Assembly: GCA_964016885.1 (NCBI GenBank)
Contig: OZ024741.1
Span: 372,248,001-372,312,000 of the forward strand
Length of the DNA stretch: 64,000 nt
Direction of reading: 5' to 3'
From: Eledone cirrhosa
Taxonomy: Eukaryota
Shown in pieces: positions 41,170 to 56,080 of this stretch. Below the pieces are notes generated by a model. It made no database searches. It had not been told where the DNA came from and saw nothing but the letters and a program-made list of their open reading frames with translations. Every line of letters begins with the position of its first letter. Positions within the stretch are counted from its first letter, which is position 1. The translations under genes and the position numbers were made by a program.

Positions 41170-41207
41170 CCTTTTGAAAAGCAGAAGAACTGCGAAACCG
41201 GTAAAGG
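41170..41207 (+). ncRNA. Minimal hammerhead, family A copy
   Basis: CCTT TTGAAAA GCAG aagaa CTGC GAAA CCGG TA AAGG. Confidence 0.7.
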
Positions 41208-41344
41208 AACCAAATAAATATATATATTTTTTAAAAAAATAAGACTTCAGTTGCATTTTCGATTTCATCTCTTTTTCTTTATACTTTCACTCGTGTAGGA
41301 CACCTCGGTTATTTTTCAATTTGTAAAAAAAACCTCACTTTCTA

Positions 41345-41384
41345 ATATATAGATATATATATACATATACATACATATATATAC

Positions 41385-41435
<51 letters not shown>

Positions 41436-41555
41436 CACACACACACACATATATATATACACATATACATATATACACACACATATATAAACATATACAA
41501 ACACATCTACAGAAATACATATATATACACATATACAAAATACATAAACACATAC

Positions 41556-41608
<53 letters not shown>

Positions 41609-41884
41609 CACACACACATACACACATACATATACATATATATATACATGTATATATATACATACATATATATATATATATATATACACACATACATATA
41701 CACACACATATATATATACACACACACACACATATATATATATATAATATACATACATATACACATATATACATATATATATATATACACACATATATAT
41801 ACACACATATATACACACATACGCACATATATACATACATATATATACATATATTTATATACACACATATATACATACATATAC

Positions 41885-41961
<77 letters not shown>

Positions 41962-42146
41962 TACATATATATATATACACATACATACACACATATATAT
42001 ATACATATACATATATATATATATATACACACATATACATATATATATATACATACACACACATACACATATACACATATATACACATACACACACACAC
42101 ACATATATATATACACGCATATATATATATATATATATATACATAC

Positions 42147-42219
<73 letters not shown>

Positions 42220-42372
42220 TATACACATATATGTATACACATACATACACACACACATATATATATACATACACATGCATATACATATACAAGCACATAC
42301 ACATATATATACATATATATATATATACATATACATACACACACATACACATATACACATATATACACATAC

Positions 42373-42461
<89 letters not shown>

Positions 42462-42505
42462 TATATACTCACACAGACATACATGTATACATATATATAT
42501 ATATA
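41345..42505. repeat. ~1.2-kb degenerate (TA)n/(CA)n microsatellite
   Basis: Direct inspection; representative of dozens of such tracts in the window. Confidence 0.95.
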
Positions 42506-42878
42506 ATCTGAATTATTGAGCCCTCTGCCACTCATGTCGAATTTTGTTTATCGTGAACTCGTGCGCCGATTTTCCGATACTCGATTATTCTACTATATAC
42601 ATATATATACATATATATATATTTTATTTCAATCACATATTTTTTTATTTGTTTGACCCGAATTACTTGGTCGTTTCTATGGTTGTGCGGATGACGGTTT
42701 AACCATCGTCTCAGTGTGTTTGGCCTTTAACGTATGTTTTAGCTCTGGTTCGTCAGAATTATTGAGCGCTTGCCACACATCTCGGAAGTTGTTTTTCGTT
42801 AATTCCAAAGCCGAAATCCGATTCTCGCTAATTTATATATATATGTGAGAAAAACCACAGACCCTCCATCTCAACTCA

Positions 42879-42916
42879 CCTTTTGAAAAGCAGAAGAACA
42901 GCGAAACCGGTAAAGG
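42879..42916 (+). ncRNA. Minimal hammerhead, family A copy
   Basis: Same motif with one stem II mismatch (GCAG/CAGC). Confidence 0.55.
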
Positions 42917-43055
42917 AACCAAATAAATATATATATATATTTTTTTAAAAAATAAGACTCCAGTGGCATTTTCGATTTCATCTTTTTTTCTTTATACTTT
43001 CACTCGTGTAAGACACCTCGGTTATTTTTCATTTTGTAAAAAAAAAAACCCCCAC

Positions 43056-43115
<60 letters not shown>

Positions 43116-43331
43116 GTGAGGTTTTTTTTACAAAATGAAAAATAACCGAGGTGTCTTACACGAGTGAAAGTATAAAGAAAAAAAGATGAAATCGAAAATG
43201 CCACTGGAGTCTTATTTTTTTTAAAAATATATATATTTATTTGGTTCCTTTACCGGTAAAGGAACTAAATAAATATATATATTTAAAAAAAAAATAAGAC
43301 TCCAGTTGCATTTTCGATTTCATCTTTTTTT

Positions 43332-43456
<125 letters not shown>

Positions 43457-43615
43457 TATATACATACACATACGTACATATACACATACATGCATATATA
43501 TATATATATATACACATATAAACAAATATATATATATATATAATTATATATATATAAAGACACACACATACACACATATATATACACATATATATACATA
43601 TACATACATACATAC

Positions 43616-43708
<93 letters not shown>

Positions 43709-43774
43709 AATATACAAATATATATACACAAATATATATATATATATACACACACTCACACACACATATATATA

Positions 43775-44058
43775 TAAGTATGTATACGTACATACATATA
43801 TGTATACAGACGTACAGTAGTATGTATATATATACATACATGCACACATATATATATGTACGTATGGATTTACCGAACATTTATTATAATGCTCGGTGTG
43901 TTTGTAAACAAACATCCCGAATTAGCCGTATAGTGTCTAGCAACCATCGTTGCCCTTTTGTTCAACACTGACAAAGGAACGATGTACTAGTTTCAAGCTT
44001 ATTAGCTATCGTCAGCACCGTATACCTTCCTGCCAGATGATTGAACGTCTGAAAGTAT
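43775..44058 (-). mobile_element. Dispersed partial copy of the 423-bp unit with HHR at 43979-44021
   Basis: Clear similarity to the array unit, embedded in (TA)n. A further HHR-less fragment lies at ~47180-47350. Confidence 0.85.
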
Positions 44059-44745
44059 TAGAAACATATAAATATTCATATTAACTCAGTTAATTTAATT
44101 ACTTACACTAAATATAAATATAAACCAGTAACCCTCATAAATTATAAAATAATTATCTATAACAGAATATACCCATATATTCACTCATATAACCATTCCT
44201 CTATTCATATATCTATTCTTCTATTTATATTTTTCTATCTATTTTCTACTTATATCTATTCACTCTCAATTTATTTTTCAATATATATTATTATATTTTC
44301 AATATATATTATTATATTTTCAATATATATTATTATATTTTCAATATATATTTACCTTTTCTTTATATATATATTTTTTCTTTTTACCTATAAAACTTAA
44401 TATTATATTGTATTATATTAGAATTCTAACAACAAAATAATTACCAAATATACGTAACTTTAATATAAATTTAAGACTTATTTATGTTATATCCTTTGTT
44501 AAATTTCTCTCTTCTCTCTATTTTTCTATATATCTCATAACAGTAATTTTTTCGCTCTTTCTTTCTTCTCATCCTCTCCCAGCGTAATTTAAATAAACGG
44601 TTGTTTTTTCAATTTTTCATAAATTCATTTGCAAATCCACACATAACTTTGTATTACCCCTAATAAGTTTCCACTATCCAGCGAATCTTCGGACCGTTAA
44701 GGTGTGATCTCCATGGGTATGTCATTATTTATAAAACAAATTTTG

Positions 44746-44810
44746 TATTTTATCTGATGAAAGCGCACCAAGATTTGCTTGGTCGCCCTTGAAATATATA
44801 TAATAAAATA
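44746..44810 (+). ncRNA. Hammerhead-like motif, family B
   Basis: TATTTTAT CTGATGA [aagcgc accaag atttg cttggt cgccctt] GAAA TATATA TA ATAAAATA, with outer stem atttataaaac/gttttataaat. Confidence 0.6.
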
Positions 44811-44851
44811 AATATGGTTTTATAAATATAGATTCCATTTATTATTATCTT

Positions 44852-44921
<70 letters not shown>

Positions 44922-44976
44922 ATTATCATGAAATATATGTGTGTATATATATACAATTATCATGAAATATATGTGC

Positions 44977-45026
<50 letters not shown>

Positions 45027-45094
45027 ACATATACATATCTATATATACATAGTTCAAGATTGAAAAAGTAAAAAAGGCAGAGATTATTACGCAA

Positions 45095-45278
45095 GATTGG
45101 CAGTATCGGTAGAGGGTCGGACGCCATGCTTTGACACATAAAGTTACGGCCCTTGCCATTCTGAGTTCAAATCACGCCGAGGTTAACTTTGCCTTTCATC
45201 CTTATGGGGTCGATAAAATAATTACCAGTAATACACTGGGTAATTGCTGGCCTTGTGCCAAATGTAGAAACAATTATT
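45095..45278 (+). mobile_element. tRNA-derived SINE
   Basis: Consensus match. Confidence 0.85.
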
Positions 45279-45289
45279 ACGCAAATTCT

Positions 45290-45327
<38 letters not shown>

Positions 45328-45708
45328 ATGTTTTTATTTGTTATAAATATCGTTTTTATATATATACCAGGTACGCTTTTCAAAGCCCTTTTTTCAAAAT
45401 CATTTTCCTTTTATAACGTGATCTGTATAGAACATTTTCTAACATCCATACATTTTTTTCATTTTATATATATATATATATATGTGTATTTATATATGTG
45501 TATATATATATATATACTGTATATATATATATTATATATATTATATATATGTATATATATATTTTTTATATATAACGAATTAGTTGTGGTAAGGAACTAG
45601 ATGGACCATAGCGCAACAGAGTACTCAATACTTAGGGTAGTAGAGTTTGTAATAGGAAAATGTATGACCCCGACGGCAGAGCTCAAGTCGTTTCGACGGC
45701 TATTTCTG

Positions 45709-45790
<82 letters not shown>

Positions 45791-45833
45791 GTATATATAT
45801 ATATATGTATATATATATATGTATATACTTATA

Positions 45834-45923
<90 letters not shown>

Positions 45924-46423
45924 TATAATATATATACACAGTATATATATATATATACACATATATATACAAATATATATATACATACACACATATAATA
46001 TATATACACAGTATATATATATATACACATATATATACACACACACACATATAATATATATACACAGTATATATATATATACACATATATATACAAATAT
46101 ATATATACATATATATATATCGTAATGCCCCTGGTTGTGTTGGGGCTGATAACGTTGTTAGAACGCAATGTGTCCTTGGAAGGATGGTTGTTGTGAGATT
46201 CCGCAGTATGGCCACTAGTTTTGTGGTAGGTGAACACCGCTTAAGGTATCCTCGAAGAAAATCCGCCCATATATATATATACATAAATATATATATATTT
46301 ATATATATATGTGTGTGTTGTGTGTGTGTGTGTGTGTGTATACATATGTATATATATGTATTTATTATAATAACAGATTAAAGTTTATGCAAAGAATCGG
46401 TGCTTTCACCCTAAACGGGATCT

Positions 46424-46485
<62 letters not shown>

Positions 46486-46654
46486 ATATATATATATATG
46501 TATATATATATAGCAATTACCCAGTGCATTACTGTTACTTTATTATATCGACCCCCTAAGGATAAAAGACAAAGTTAACCTCGACGGGATTCGAACTCAG
46601 AATGGCAAGGACCGTAACTCTATACGTCAAATATATATATATATATATATATTC

Positions 46655-46767
<113 letters not shown>

Positions 46768-46952
46768 CGTGTGTGTGCGTGTGTGTGCGTGTGTGTGCGT
46801 GTGTGTGTGTGTATATATATATTGTATGTATTATATATTTTTCTCATGTTCTCAATATGAAGGTATATAAATATTGAGTTTTGTCATGTATTACTCACTA
46901 CCAGGACTGAATCTTAACCATCTACTATGTCAGGGTATGTCATGCATCATCT

Positions 46953-47019
46953 TATTTTATCTGATGAGGACGTACTGTTGAACTTAACTCAGTACCTCTG
47001 AAATATGTATAATAAAATA
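46953..47019 (+). ncRNA. Hammerhead-like motif, family B
   Basis: TATTTTAT CTGATGA [ggac gtactg ... cagtac ctct] GAAA TATGTA TA ATAAAATA. A related mutated copy (CAAA for GAAA) is at 16328-16390 (-). Confidence 0.55.
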
Positions 47020-47072
47020 TACTTGATCAGAATATCTATTTTGAAGAATATCTACTTTGTTAATATTTTGAA

Positions 47073-47165
<93 letters not shown>

Positions 47166-47443
47166 GTATATATATATTTAAATGTAAGTATGTATGTATG
47201 CATACGTACATACATATATGTATACAGACGTACAGTAGTATGTATATATATACATACATGCACACATATATATAAGCACGTATCGGTTTACCGAACATTT
47301 ATTATAATGCTCGGTTTGTTTGTTTGTAAACAAACAAACAGCCCGAATTCTATTCCATATATGTATATATATATATACATATATATATATAATTCTGATC
47401 GAGCCCCTTTCGGATTTTAGTCTTCACATTTATTATTATTATT

Positions 47444-47765
47444 GCGGTGGATTGGCAGTATCAGTAGAGCGTCGGACGCCATGCTTTCCAGCATAGTTAC
47501 GTCCCTTTACGATCTGAGTTCAAATCCCGCCGAGGTTGACTTTGCCTTTCATCCTTACGGGGTCGATAAAATAAAGTACCAGTAATGCACTGGGTAATTG
47601 CTGGCCTTGTGCCTAAAGTAGAAACAATTATTATTATTATTATATATATAAAGGGTGGTGCATTGGCAGTATCGGTAGAGGGTCGGACGCTACGGGGTCG
47701 ATAAAAATAAAGTACCAGTAATGCACTGGGTATTTGCTGGCCTTGTGCCAAATAGTAGAAACAAT

Positions 47766-47767
<2 letters not shown>
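47444..47767 (+). mobile_element. tRNA-derived SINE plus an internally deleted second copy
   Basis: Consensus match. Confidence 0.85.
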
Positions 47768-47798
<31 letters not shown>

Positions 47799-48094
47799 GG
47801 TGTGGGTGTGTGTGTGTAATTATTATTATTATTAAAGTTTAGTTTTGTTACTTTGGAATTTCTCTTATGTCCCCACAGTCATCTGACATGACCCAGTAAG
47901 TAAATAGGAGAGACTCCAAAGTAAAAGACTAAAATCTTTCCTCAATAAAGAAAATATTAATTTCTGCTATGATATTGAGTATTCATTCTTGTGACATATG
48001 TTTCATACGAGATTGGATTACACGAGATTTATCCGATGTTTTAATTATATGGTGTCCAAAGTAAAGTGAAATGAATAGTTGTGATCATAAACTT

Positions 48095-48195
48095 CCGTAT
48101 TTCCCGGCGCCGAAGACGCTTCGTCCTCGACGACGCACCCTAATTTTGACAACCAAAAATTTGAAAAGTAGCGTCTTCGACACCGGGAAATACGG
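48095..48195. mobile_element. pogo/Tigger-like MITE
   Basis: 26-bp TIRs ccgtatttcccggcgccgaagacgct / agcgtcttcgacaccgggaaatacgg, followed by TA. Confidence 0.8.
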
Positions 48196-48282
48196 TAATT
48201 ATCGTGGATCCAACTAATTAACTTAGTGGTTCTTAACCTTTTTTTCTACCGCGGCACCCCTTGATATATATATATATATATA

Positions 48283-48361
<79 letters not shown>

Positions 48362-48535
48362 TGATGTAAAACTTCACTGCTCACAAGTGTTTTTTAAGCT
48401 TCATATCATGTCTCCCTATTATATTTTATGAGAACGCAGATATCATCCCATGATGATATTTGTTTTTGAAATGCGCATAATAAAATACTTGTAACTCTTT
48501 TAACCATCTTTTGATCTTATATTATATTATATATA

Positions 48536-48610
<75 letters not shown>

Positions 48611-48725
48611 CATATATTATAATTATATTATATTGTGTGAAACACAGCAAGACGCGGGTAATTCGGCTAGTATATATATATATATATATATATACTAGTC
48701 TATATATAGTATATATATATATATA

Positions 48726-49710
48726 CTAGTCGAATTACCCGCGTCTTGCTGCGTTTCACACATTTTTTTGTAAGAAAATGATGCTTGATTTTAAATCAGT
48801 GATATCATTTATGGAGAAAAACTCTGCATTTCAATATTACTGAGAGTAAAATGTAATGCATGAAAAATTGGAAAACATTATGAAATCAAAATTATATATA
48901 TATGAAATCAAAATTACATTATTAAATCTTATCCTTATTTTGTTTCTTGTAAATCATTTTTTTCAAAATATCAATTCAAAACTTAATCGTTTTATTTTTG
49001 TGTAAAGCATTATTTTCAAATTAGAAATTCAAAGTTTAATTATTTATTTTTTAACATAATAAATACATGAAAATATATTTCATACTTTGACCTAATGAGG
49101 AACCTCAGCGTAAACAACATTTCTTGTCTTTCTTTGATTGGCTAAAATGTAGAGATTTTTTGAAGTTCCAGTCCTTGAAAGAGCCACATAAAATATGCCA
49201 TGACTGAAACATGGGTTTGTCAGATCTATACCAATAGTTTTGAAAGTTTAACCTGGACTCTTATTAATTCTCATGGCAAAGCATGGCTTCACTGGGAATT
49301 ACAGCCTCTTAAATGTAAAAGGCAACTCGCTATCATTTGGTATAAGCGGAATCCTCGGAATGAGAAGAGCTTGACCTTTGTAAGCCACGAATATAATGGT
49401 TGCTTCAATCAAGTTCTCATGCAATTTTGTTACAACACATCTTGTTCTATTTATTGACCAACATTTTCACTATATGGGGTTTAATCCCCATTAGGGTGTC
49501 TTAATATTACTGAAATTGGCTGAAAGTTTGTGAATAGGCATCATATCTTGTCATTTACCTATGGTTTAAATTTCATATAAATCGAAGGGAAAATATTGTC
49601 AGTGGGGCTTCGTGCCCCCCCCCCCCGAACCCTTTGATTAGAATGAAATATACTTATCCTAGTACCCTGGGCAATGTAGTTTCAGAATATATATGGTTAT
49701 GCGGGTCTGT
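48726..49710 (-). mobile_element. Second copy of the Helitron derivative, with intact 3' hairpin and CTAG end
   Basis: Closely similar to 38241-39185. The minus-strand end reads cgcagcaagacgcgggtaattcgaCTAG|t. Confidence 0.85.
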
Positions 49711-49982
49711 CTAAATAAATGAACTCCAACCAAAATTAAATAGAAAACATGAATGGAACAGCAACATCACAACTTACAATTAAGGACAAAATGAAAACAC
49801 ACACACACATAGAACAAACAACCAACCAGTAACATGTAAATAAACAAATAAATAAACAAATATAAACACACACAGACACCCGGATGTAACACATGCACAA
49901 ACTAAGCACACAACACACACAAAAACAAGATGGTGTAGGACAGAACAAAGGAGAGGCATAAAAACAAAGAAAAGAATCCCCA

Positions 49983-50025
49983 GTCACTGAAGAGGTCACA
50001 GAATGTGTGACGAAAGAACTTTGAC
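49983..50025 (+). ncRNA. Hammerhead-like motif, family G (second copy 17481-17523, -)
   Basis: GTCA CTGAAGA g GTCACA gaatg TGTGAC GAAA GAAC TT TGAC. Confidence 0.5.
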
Positions 50026-50177
50026 AATATATGAACAATCGTCTGGTTGTGGAACCAACCAACCAACCGGAAATTTATAAATTCCTAAATTTCTAAATTT
50101 AATTTATAATAAATTGAAGTGAAAACAACTGGTGCGTGTGTTTCCTTTTGGCAACATGACCCTCCCAAAGCATAACA

Positions 50178-50210
<33 letters not shown>

Positions 50211-50413
50211 AATATATATATATTTGTATATATATATACATTTACATTTTGATATATATATATTCATATACTCTCGGGTCTCAAACAATAGTGAGGTTGG
50301 AATAAACGGGGTGCGTGGCGGAATCGATAATTGTATAGTGTACCTTGGTAAATATGGGATTTCTTTTAATGTTCATTTCTTTTTGTCATATATAACGTTT
50401 TTTAGTCTCTCTC

Positions 50414-53400
50414 TCTCTATATATAAATGCGAGTTTCCGAGTTCTAAAACTCGGAAAATACGCGACCAAACCCCTCAAAATTACATATACATATTCACTA
50501 GACACTTGGACAGGTAATGGTAAAAAAATGTTTAATTTGCAAGGCAAGGAATTTATTTAAATTCAATTTATCGCATTTTCTATTCATTAGAAAATACGGA
50601 AAAAAATCATCCATTTTGTGTTTTTGTTCTCCATTCTGTAGAGAAAGAGAGAGAATGGGGGGATGAGAGAGAGAGGGGGGCGAGAGAGAGATAGAAAGAG
50701 AGAGTGGGGATGAGAGAGAGAGAGTAACAGAAAGAAAGAAAGAGAATGAGGGGGATTGGGGGAGAAAATGATAACAGCATTCGATAACTTTAACTTTTAT
50801 TTATTCTTTACACACGTCTCTTACTCTCTCTCTTTCCCACAAGTCGTACTGGGACTGTGTGTGTGTGTGTGTCGGCGTTCTTAAATTAGAGACGTGTGTG
50901 TGTGTGTGTGTGTAATTAATTTAGAGGCATTTATTTATATATATGGTTACAAACACACACACACATATATATATATATGTGTTTGTGTGTGTGTCCACGT
51001 TCTTAGATTATGTGTATGTGTGTGTACGTGTCTAGACGTTCTACATCCTTACCTCCATCTAACGTTAACGATATATATATTACAAACAAACTTTGTATGT
51101 AGTAGATATTCAGGGAAAATTGATAGATGTTTCAGTGATAGGCACATTTTTCAAATGCAGATAGGATCTGTAGAGGTGGTTGATAGCTTCCGATATCTAG
51201 ATGATCAAATTAGAAAGGGAGGAGGATACTCCAAGGCCATAGTATCTAGAATAAGGACATGATGGAAGAAGTTTAGGGAGCTGCTTCCTTTGTTGACAAC
51301 GAAAGGTCGGTTGTATGAAGCCCGTGTGAGATACCCAATGCTGCATGGAAGTGAGACATGGGCAGCAACTGCAGAGTATATGCAAAGGCTGGAGAGAACT
51401 GAAGCAGGCATGCTCCGATGGATGTGCAATGTCAATGTGCGTGAACGACCAAGCATGGACGAGTTGAAAGTGAAACTGTGTATAAAAGGAATAAACTGTA
51501 GTGTGCAAGAGAGAAGACTGCGTTGGTATGGCCAGACGATGCGCATGTATGATGACCGCTGGATGAATAAGTGTCAAGTAATATCAATGGAAGGAAAACG
51601 CAGTAGAGGAAGACCATGAAAAACATGGGTGGAGGGGGTGAGAGCTGACCTTAGATCGCTGAAGCTCACGGAGGAGATGACAAAGGACCGTGACAAATGG
51701 AGAGATGCTGTGCAAGCAGGTAAATGCGAACGTAAAATGATGATGATAATGATGATGAAACCCTGGGAAAATCGATGTATTTGTTATGCAAGTTTTTTTT
51801 TATATGAAATCGTGCGTTGAAACAGATTTTCTTATATTTGGGGAGGGTCATGTTGTCCAAAATAATAAAAAAACACCAGCTGTTTGGTTTGGTTTCACTT
51901 CAGTTCAGTATATCTATATATTTTTATAAATTATCAGTTGAGTATTGCAGCTCTGTCAAAGCAATACTATATATCACAAAATATATCAACAAGGGAAGTG
52001 ACATGGCTACCTTTGTTACTGACAAGGAACTCAATGATGGTTGTCTGGTTGAGGTCAAACAGTATCAGATAGGTTGATACATCTCCAGCAATGAAGTTAT
52101 CAGGCAGATCTTTGGATTTGATATCCACCAACGCCATCCAACAGGTCAACTTCGCAGTCCATCTAGAGAATGGACAGAGTGTGTACTTCACTGAGACCAC
52201 TGCTCATCAGTTGGCACTAGCACCACCTGTCACTACTCTAACTGCTTTGTTAAAACTCTGCCAGAAAGATGAATTTGTTCGATTTCTCTTCTATGCTGAG
52301 ATCCCAACATATTAACACCTGACCAATTGTAAGACCGGGAATCGAAGGAAGCAGGGTCATTTACTGGAACGTAATGATGTCAAGGCAAGTGATACTATTG
52401 TGTGTGTTTACAATGACTATCCCAACAACAGGTAGTGCTTTTATTTACGGCTACTTCTGCATATTGTTCAAGGACCAACGTCATTTGAGGATCTTAGGTG
52501 CTTTGTAGGAAGGGTGTGCGCAATATACCAAGAAGCATGTAAAGAGCATGAAGTCCTGCATGACAATGGACATTGGAAGAAGAGCCTAGAAGCAGCAACA
52601 GTAGTCACTTGAGTAACCAGTCAAATAAGACAGTTGCTTGCTACTATCCTCACAGCATGTGGAATTGATAAAGCTCATCTATTCTAGCAGGAGTACAAAA
52701 ACAATATGTCAGATAACTATCTACACTTAGCCTAAAGACATCATGGCAATATGTATATGGAATATACGTCCAGGATTTACAATCAAGCTCTCTGCAGCCT
52801 GTCCCATCGAGTTCAGGCAATGAATAGCTCTGTGGGATGCCAGAGCCAGATGAAGAAATGGAGGTAACACAATAAGTATTTCAAGATACAAACTACGATA
52901 TTCAAGGATTGCGTAAGTTTGTGAATAAAAATGAACCTTGACTGGTGGATGACTAGAAATACGCCTACCACAACATCGTGGAAAACATTCAAAATGACAG
53001 GGGAGGACTTTTCTTCATCGATGCTCCGGCTGGCACAGGTAAGATATTCCTCATAAACCTCCTGATTGCAAACGCTCACCAAAAGCAACATTTTCCCCTT
53101 GCCATGGCTTCCGGTGGCATTGCAGCAACACTTCTTGGAGGAAGAACTGCACACTCCATGTTTAAGCTTCCCATAGACCTCACACGACCTGATGAATCTG
53201 TTTGCAACATCAAGAACTCACCCAAGGGTAAGCTTTTGCAAACATGCAAGATGATAATTTGGGATGAAGCTACCATGAGCCATAAATGAGCAATTGAAGC
53301 TCTTGACCAGACAATAAAGGATCTGAGAGAAAATACTTGCATACTGGGTGGAGTGACAATGGTTCTTGGTTTCAGACAAACTCAGCCTGTAATTCCCCGT

Positions 53401-54402
53401 GGGATCAAATCTGATCAGATCAATGCCTATCTGAAAACATCCTGTTTCTGGCCCCACTTTCAGCGGCTAAACCTTACAACCATTATGCAAGTGCACTTGA
53501 CTGGTGATGAAGGTGTCAGTGAGTTTGCCATCGAACTACTTAAATTGCGAAATGGGCTTCTTGAAAAGGACTCCAACGACCATATTCAGTTGCCTTTTGG
53601 CCATATCATTGAAACAGAACAAGAACTGATGACCAGAGTGTTTCCAAACATTCAGATCAGACAATGTGATCCCAGATGTCTCTGGGAACGAGCAATATTA
53701 GCACCGAAAAATGTTGATGTGAAAGAAATCAACATAGACTGCTGGACATGTTACCGGAAAAGAAAAGATGCTACAAATCAGTTGACACAATCACTTCCCA
53801 AGGCAAGGTTGTAAACTATCCAATTGAATTTTTTTAAAGTTTTGAAATAGCAGGAATTCCTTCACACAACCTGATACTGAAGCTTGGAGCATCTGGATCC
53901 TCCAAATCTTTACAATGGCACAAAACTCATCATTAAAAATATAATGCCTAATTTCCTAGATTTTGCAATCATGTCAGGAAAATTTGCTGGTTGACAATTG
54001 TTTAATTCCCAGAATAACTCTGAAGGCAACTGATTTGCTATTTGAATTTCAAAGGCTTCAATTTCCTCTCAGACTCAGTTTTGCCATGACCATCAATAAA
54101 TCTGAAGGGCAATCATTGGAAATCGTTGGGTTGGACCTGGCAGATCCTGTCTTTTCATATGGTGAGCTCTATGTTGGTACAAGGGATGGAAACCCTGTTA
54201 GTCACATCATTGTAGCATCACAGGGCAAAACCAAGAATATTGTTTATCCAGAGGCCTTGGAATGAGCAATATCGTAATTCCTCATTCAATGACAATAGAT
54301 ATTAATTCCTTAGTTATATAATTAGTAAGGAATTCTGGACTTGCAACTTTACTGCATAGTGTTATTTTAGAAGAATATATAGACATTACTGGGTACCTCT
54401 GG
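50414..54402 (+). mobile_element. Decayed, internally deleted Helitron (Rep C-terminus + PIF1 helicase) with nested insertions
   Basis: 5' TCTATATATAAA-type start; VEYCSSVKAILYITKYINKGSD; Walker A FFIDAPAGTGK; IIWDEATM; RAILAPKN; QFPLRLSFAMTINKSEGQS; 3' ..ctgggtacctCTGG|t. The ends are less certain than the coding remnant (51935-54265). Confidence 0.85.
51150..51757 (+). mobile_element. RTE-clade LINE 3' fragment nested in the Helitron
   Basis: EVVDSFRYL, MLHGSETW, RRLRWYG, GKRSRGRP and an (ATG)n tail. Confidence 0.85.
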
Positions 54403-54594
54403 TATATAAAATATTATAAGAGATCTTTTTATGGCAGCTAGCTAGACCTGTTAGAAGCAGCAGCCAAATTTCGTTCATATCCCAGTCTACTGTCTCTTGT
54501 ATGTATATATGTATGAAGCAAAAAGGAAAGGTTGTATGTGACACATCGATTACTAGACATATTAGCAAAATCCATTTCAAATCACAGCCAACAG

Positions 54595-54700
<106 letters not shown>

Positions 54701-55047
54701 GTATGTATGTATCTATGTATGTATGTATGTATGCATGTCATGGAAGCCACTATGACTGTTGGTGTACCTAAAAGAAGTAGAAAACAAATCTCCCTGAAAC
54801 AAGATCCTACTGCCATAGAAGCAAAGGTTGGTGAAAGCTACAGTGTAAAAATTTTAATTAACTCAGGCTCTGCCGCATTTCAGGCCGAGGAGAATAAGCT
54901 CACCAAATATTGGTCGCTCTCCGACGGGTTTGTGGTCAAGCCCGTAGCAGTGGAGATTTCTGGTGTCCCCTTTAATAGTTTGTATTGTTTTGTTTTTTAT
55001 ATAAAAAGCTTTGTAAAATTTATTATCGATATGTATTTAGTGTCCAT

Positions 55048-55205
55048 AGGCGGCGAATTGACAGTCATTAAAACGTCGGATAGAATGCTTTATGGTATTT
55101 GTTCCGGATCTCTGATCTCTGAGTTCAAATCCCGCCGAGGTCAACTTTGCCTTTCATCCCTTCGAGATCGATAAAAAATGTACCAGTCTAGTACTGGGGT
55201 CGATT
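55048..55205 (+). mobile_element. Older related SINE subfamily copy
   Basis: ggcggcgaattgacag...gagttcaaatcccgccgaggtcaactttgcctttcatcc. Confidence 0.75.
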
Positions 55206-55649
55206 CTTCCTCTATATCTCTTTCCCATTTTCCTCTCTCTCACTTTCTATCTCTCTCTGGAAGAAATTTGTTATACTCAGACCTGGAGAGGGATGGTCTC
55301 TGCCAGGCTTAAAATGCCCAAGAAACACCGTATGTCAATACGGTGTCCCTACGACCCCATCAGAAGTTACGGGACCATACATACACACTATTATATCATC
55401 TCTACCGCCCCCCACCACCCCTTTAGGCCGCAACGCCCCCTTGGACTTTCTCAACGCCCACTTTGAGATCCTCTGGTTTAGGAGGAATCTTTGAACTACT
55501 ACTACAATAGAGTAAAGACCCCCTTCGGTCACGAATGACATTGGGATTTGTACCTAGAAAGTTTCTCTCCGAAGCACAAATCCGGGCAAGGTTGTTTGTG
55601 GAAGACCAGTAGTCGCCCATGCATACCAGCCTCCCCTCTCCACGCCACC

Positions 55650-56080
55650 GATGATGTCCAAGGGAAAGGCAAAGGCTGATACAGCTTGACACCAATGACG
55701 TTGCAACTAATATATACCCTCTATACACGTTATGTACAGTTGTATATATACACTGTATATACTATATATGATGTCCAAGGCAAAGGCTGTCACAGCTTGA
55801 CACCAATGACGTCACAACTAATATATACCCTATACACACATTATATACAGTTGTATATATATATACACTGTATATATTATATATGATGTCCAAGGCAAAG
55901 GCTATGGCCGATACAGCTTGACACCAATGACGTCACAACTCATTTCTACAGTTTTGTAAACTGGATCAACGTGAAATAAAGTGTTTTACTCAAGGACACA
56001 ACACATCACCCGGTCCGAGAATCGAGCTCACAATCTCCCGATTGCAAGCCCAATGCTCTAACCACTAAGCCGTGCGCCTT
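55650..56080 (-). mobile_element. Second SINE family copy with tandemly triplicated ~118-bp 3' part
   Basis: Head aggcgcacggcttagtggttagagcattgggcttgcaatc, then a tccttgag domain. Related pieces at 15822-15863 and ~61345-61500. Confidence 0.65.

Noticed and set aside
52978-54265. Host PIF1 helicase gene
   Set aside because: Intronless, full of stops and frameshifts, and preceded by Helitron Rep-type motifs.
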